A DNA stretch of 64,000 nucleotides from Heterodontus francisci. Its lineage: Eukaryota. How positions within the stretch are numbered: position 1 is the stretch's first letter; each line of letters begins with the position of its first letter. The stretch is from NCBI RefSeq assembly GCF_036365525.1, contig NC_090372.1, forward strand, positions 204,762,298 through 204,826,297. The letters are read 5' to 3'. The position numbers and the translations under genes are program-made. The notes under the pieces are model-generated. The model saw only the letters and a list, made by a program, of their open reading frames with translations. It made no database searches and had not been told where the DNA came from. Below are positions 61,648-64,000 of this stretch, one piece after another.

Positions 61648-64000
61648 ATAGAAACATAGCAAAGTAGAAGCAGGAGTAGACCATTTGACCCTTCGATCCT
61701 GCTCCGCCATTCAATACGCTCATGGCTGATCATCCAAACTCAGTAACCTGTTCCTGCTTTCTCCCCGTATCCTTTGATCCCATTAGCCCTAAGAACTATA
61801 TCTAACTCTTTCTTGAATATATTTAATGATTTGGCCTCAACTGCCTTCCGTGGTAGAGAATTCCACAGGTTCACCACTCTCTGGGTGAAGAAATCTCTCC
61901 TCATCTCAGTCCTAAATGTCCCCTTTCCTTAGACTGTGACCCCTGGTCCTGGACTCCCCCACCATCGGGAACATCCTTCCTGCATCGAGTCTGTCCAGTC
62001 CTGTTAGAATTTTGTAGGTTTCTATGAGATCCCCTCTCATTCTGCTGAACTCTAGTGAATACAAGCCCAATCGACCCAATCTCTTTTCATACGTCAGTCC
62101 TGCCATCCCAGGAATCAGTCTGGTAAACCTTCGCTGCATTCCCTGCATAGCAAGAACAAGGCAAATCAAATTAGTCACAATACCGTAGAGGACGAATTCT
62201 TGGAGTGTATACAGGATGGTTTTCTGGACCAATACGTTGAGGAACCAACCAGAGAACAGGCCATCCTAGACTGTGTATTGTGTAATGAGAGAGGAATAAT
62301 TGACAATTGAGACCCCTTGGGGATGATCAACCATAATATGATAGAATTCTTCATCAAGATGGAGAGTGACGTAGTTGACTCTGAGACTAGGGTCCTGAAT
62401 CTTAGTAAAGGAAACTACGAAGGTATGAGGCGCGAGTTGGCCATGATGGATTGGGAAACGTTACTTAAAGGGATGACGGTGGATAGGCAATGGCAAACAT
62501 TTAAAGAGCACATGGATGAACTGCAACAATTGTTTATCCCTGTCTGGCGCAAAAGTAAAACGGGAAAGGTAGCCAAACCATGGCTTACAAGGGAAATTAG
62601 AGTTTGTATTAGATCCAAGGAAGAGGCATATAAATTCACCAGAAAAAAACAACAGACCTGAGGATTGGGAGCAGTTTAGAATTCAGCAAAGGAGGATCAA
62701 GGGATTGATTAAGAAGGGGAAAAGAGTACGAGAGCAAGCTTGCGGGGAACATAAAAACTGACTAAAAGTTTCTATAGGTATATGAAAAGAAAAAGATTGG
62801 TGAAGACAAATGTAGGTCCCTTACGGTCAGAAACAGGGGAATTTATTATGGGGAATAAAGAAATGGCTGACCAACTAAATGCATACTTTGGTTCTGTCTT
62901 CACAAAGGAGGACACAAATATCATACCAGAAATGTTGGGGAACACAGGGCTTAGTGAGAGAGAGGAACTGAAAGAAATCAGTATTAGTGGAGAAATGGTG
63001 TTGGGGAAATTGATGGGGTTGAGGGCCGATAAATCCCAGGGCCTGATGGTTTGCATCCCAGAGTACTTAAGGAAGTTGCCCCAGAAATAATGGATGCATT
63101 GGTGGTCATCTTCCAAGATCCTATAGACTCTGGAACAATTCCTACAGATTGGAGGGTAGCTAATGTAACCCCACTATTTAAAAAGGGAGGTAGAGAGAAA
63201 GCAGGGAATTATAGACCAGTCAGCCTGACGTCAGTAGTGGGGAAAATTCCGGAGTCCATTATCAAAGATTTTATAGCAGAGCACTTGGAGAACAGTGGTA
63301 GAATCGGGCAGAGTCAGCATGAATTTACAAAAGGGAAAATCATGCTTGACAAATCTACTAGAGTTCTTCGAGGATGTAACTAGTAGAGTTGATGAGGGGA
63401 AGCCAGTGGATGTGGTTTATTTGGAATTTCAGAAGGCTTTCGACAAAGTCCCACATAAGAGATTAGCATGCAAAATTAAAGCGCATGGGATTGGGGGTCG
63501 TGTATTGCGATGGATAGAAAATTGGTTGGCGGACAGGAAACAAAGAGTAGGGATAAATGGGTCTTTTTCCGAATGGCAGGCAGTGACTAGTGGGGTACCG
63601 CAGGGATCGGTGCTAGGACCCCAGCTATTCACAATATACATTAATGATTTAGATGAGGGAACTAAATGTAATATCTCCAAATTTGCAGATGACACAAAAT
63701 TGCCACTATATCGTATCCATTTACATCTATTTGCACGGTTAATTCGCCTACCTTATTGCGAATACTCCGCACATTGAAACACAATGCATTTAGGCTTATC
63801 TTTTTAATATTCTTAGTCATTTTAACATTATTTCGCACTATGGCCTTATTTGTTTCTTGCCCTTGATTTCTATGCCTTCCACTTTTGTCTTTTTGTTTTC
63901 TTTCTTTCGTTTCTATCCTTGTTTCCTCCTCCTCAGTCTCCCCGCTCAAGTTCACATCCCCCTGCCATTCTAGTTTAAATCCTCCCCAACAGCACCAGCA
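61648..64000 (-). mobile_element. CR1 LINE on the minus strand with an internally inverted segment (62160-63700 on plus), running off the window end
   Basis: Minus 3' end at 61648-62158, plus APE-to-RT block at 62160-63700, and minus ORF1 end/APE start at 63698-64000. The segments are collinear, non-overlapping parts of a CR1. Confidence 0.85.

Overview
This is vertebrate nuclear DNA, very probably from a shark or other elasmobranch, inferred from HE1/V-SINE-like, Deu-domain SINE-like and HER1/CR1-like repeats. No host protein-coding exon can be supported. The window is a dense, nested transposon graveyard. It holds many CR1 LINE copies (one full-length), four RTE LINE copies, L2 remnants, a further Jockey/CR1-group LINE, Penelope-like elements (PLEs) with a GIY-YIG endonuclease, two decayed Gypsy pol remnants, a solo LTR, SINEs and MITEs. 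It also has a 5.8-kb 15-bp minisatellite with ~1.1-kb higher-order repeats and a 161-N gap. Four observations stand out. (1) The PLE terminal repeats carry a minimal hammerhead-ribozyme fold, and this module appears to have inserted by itself, once as a 233-bp foldback with a perfect 14-bp TSD. (2) The minisatellite is split in register by a full-length CR1 and has kilobase-long stop-free pentapeptide frames. (3) One CR1 shows a double-inversion structure. (4) An 832-bp solo LTR with a 4-bp TSD spans the gap. Family names come from motif recognition by eye, and boundaries without a TSD are approximate.
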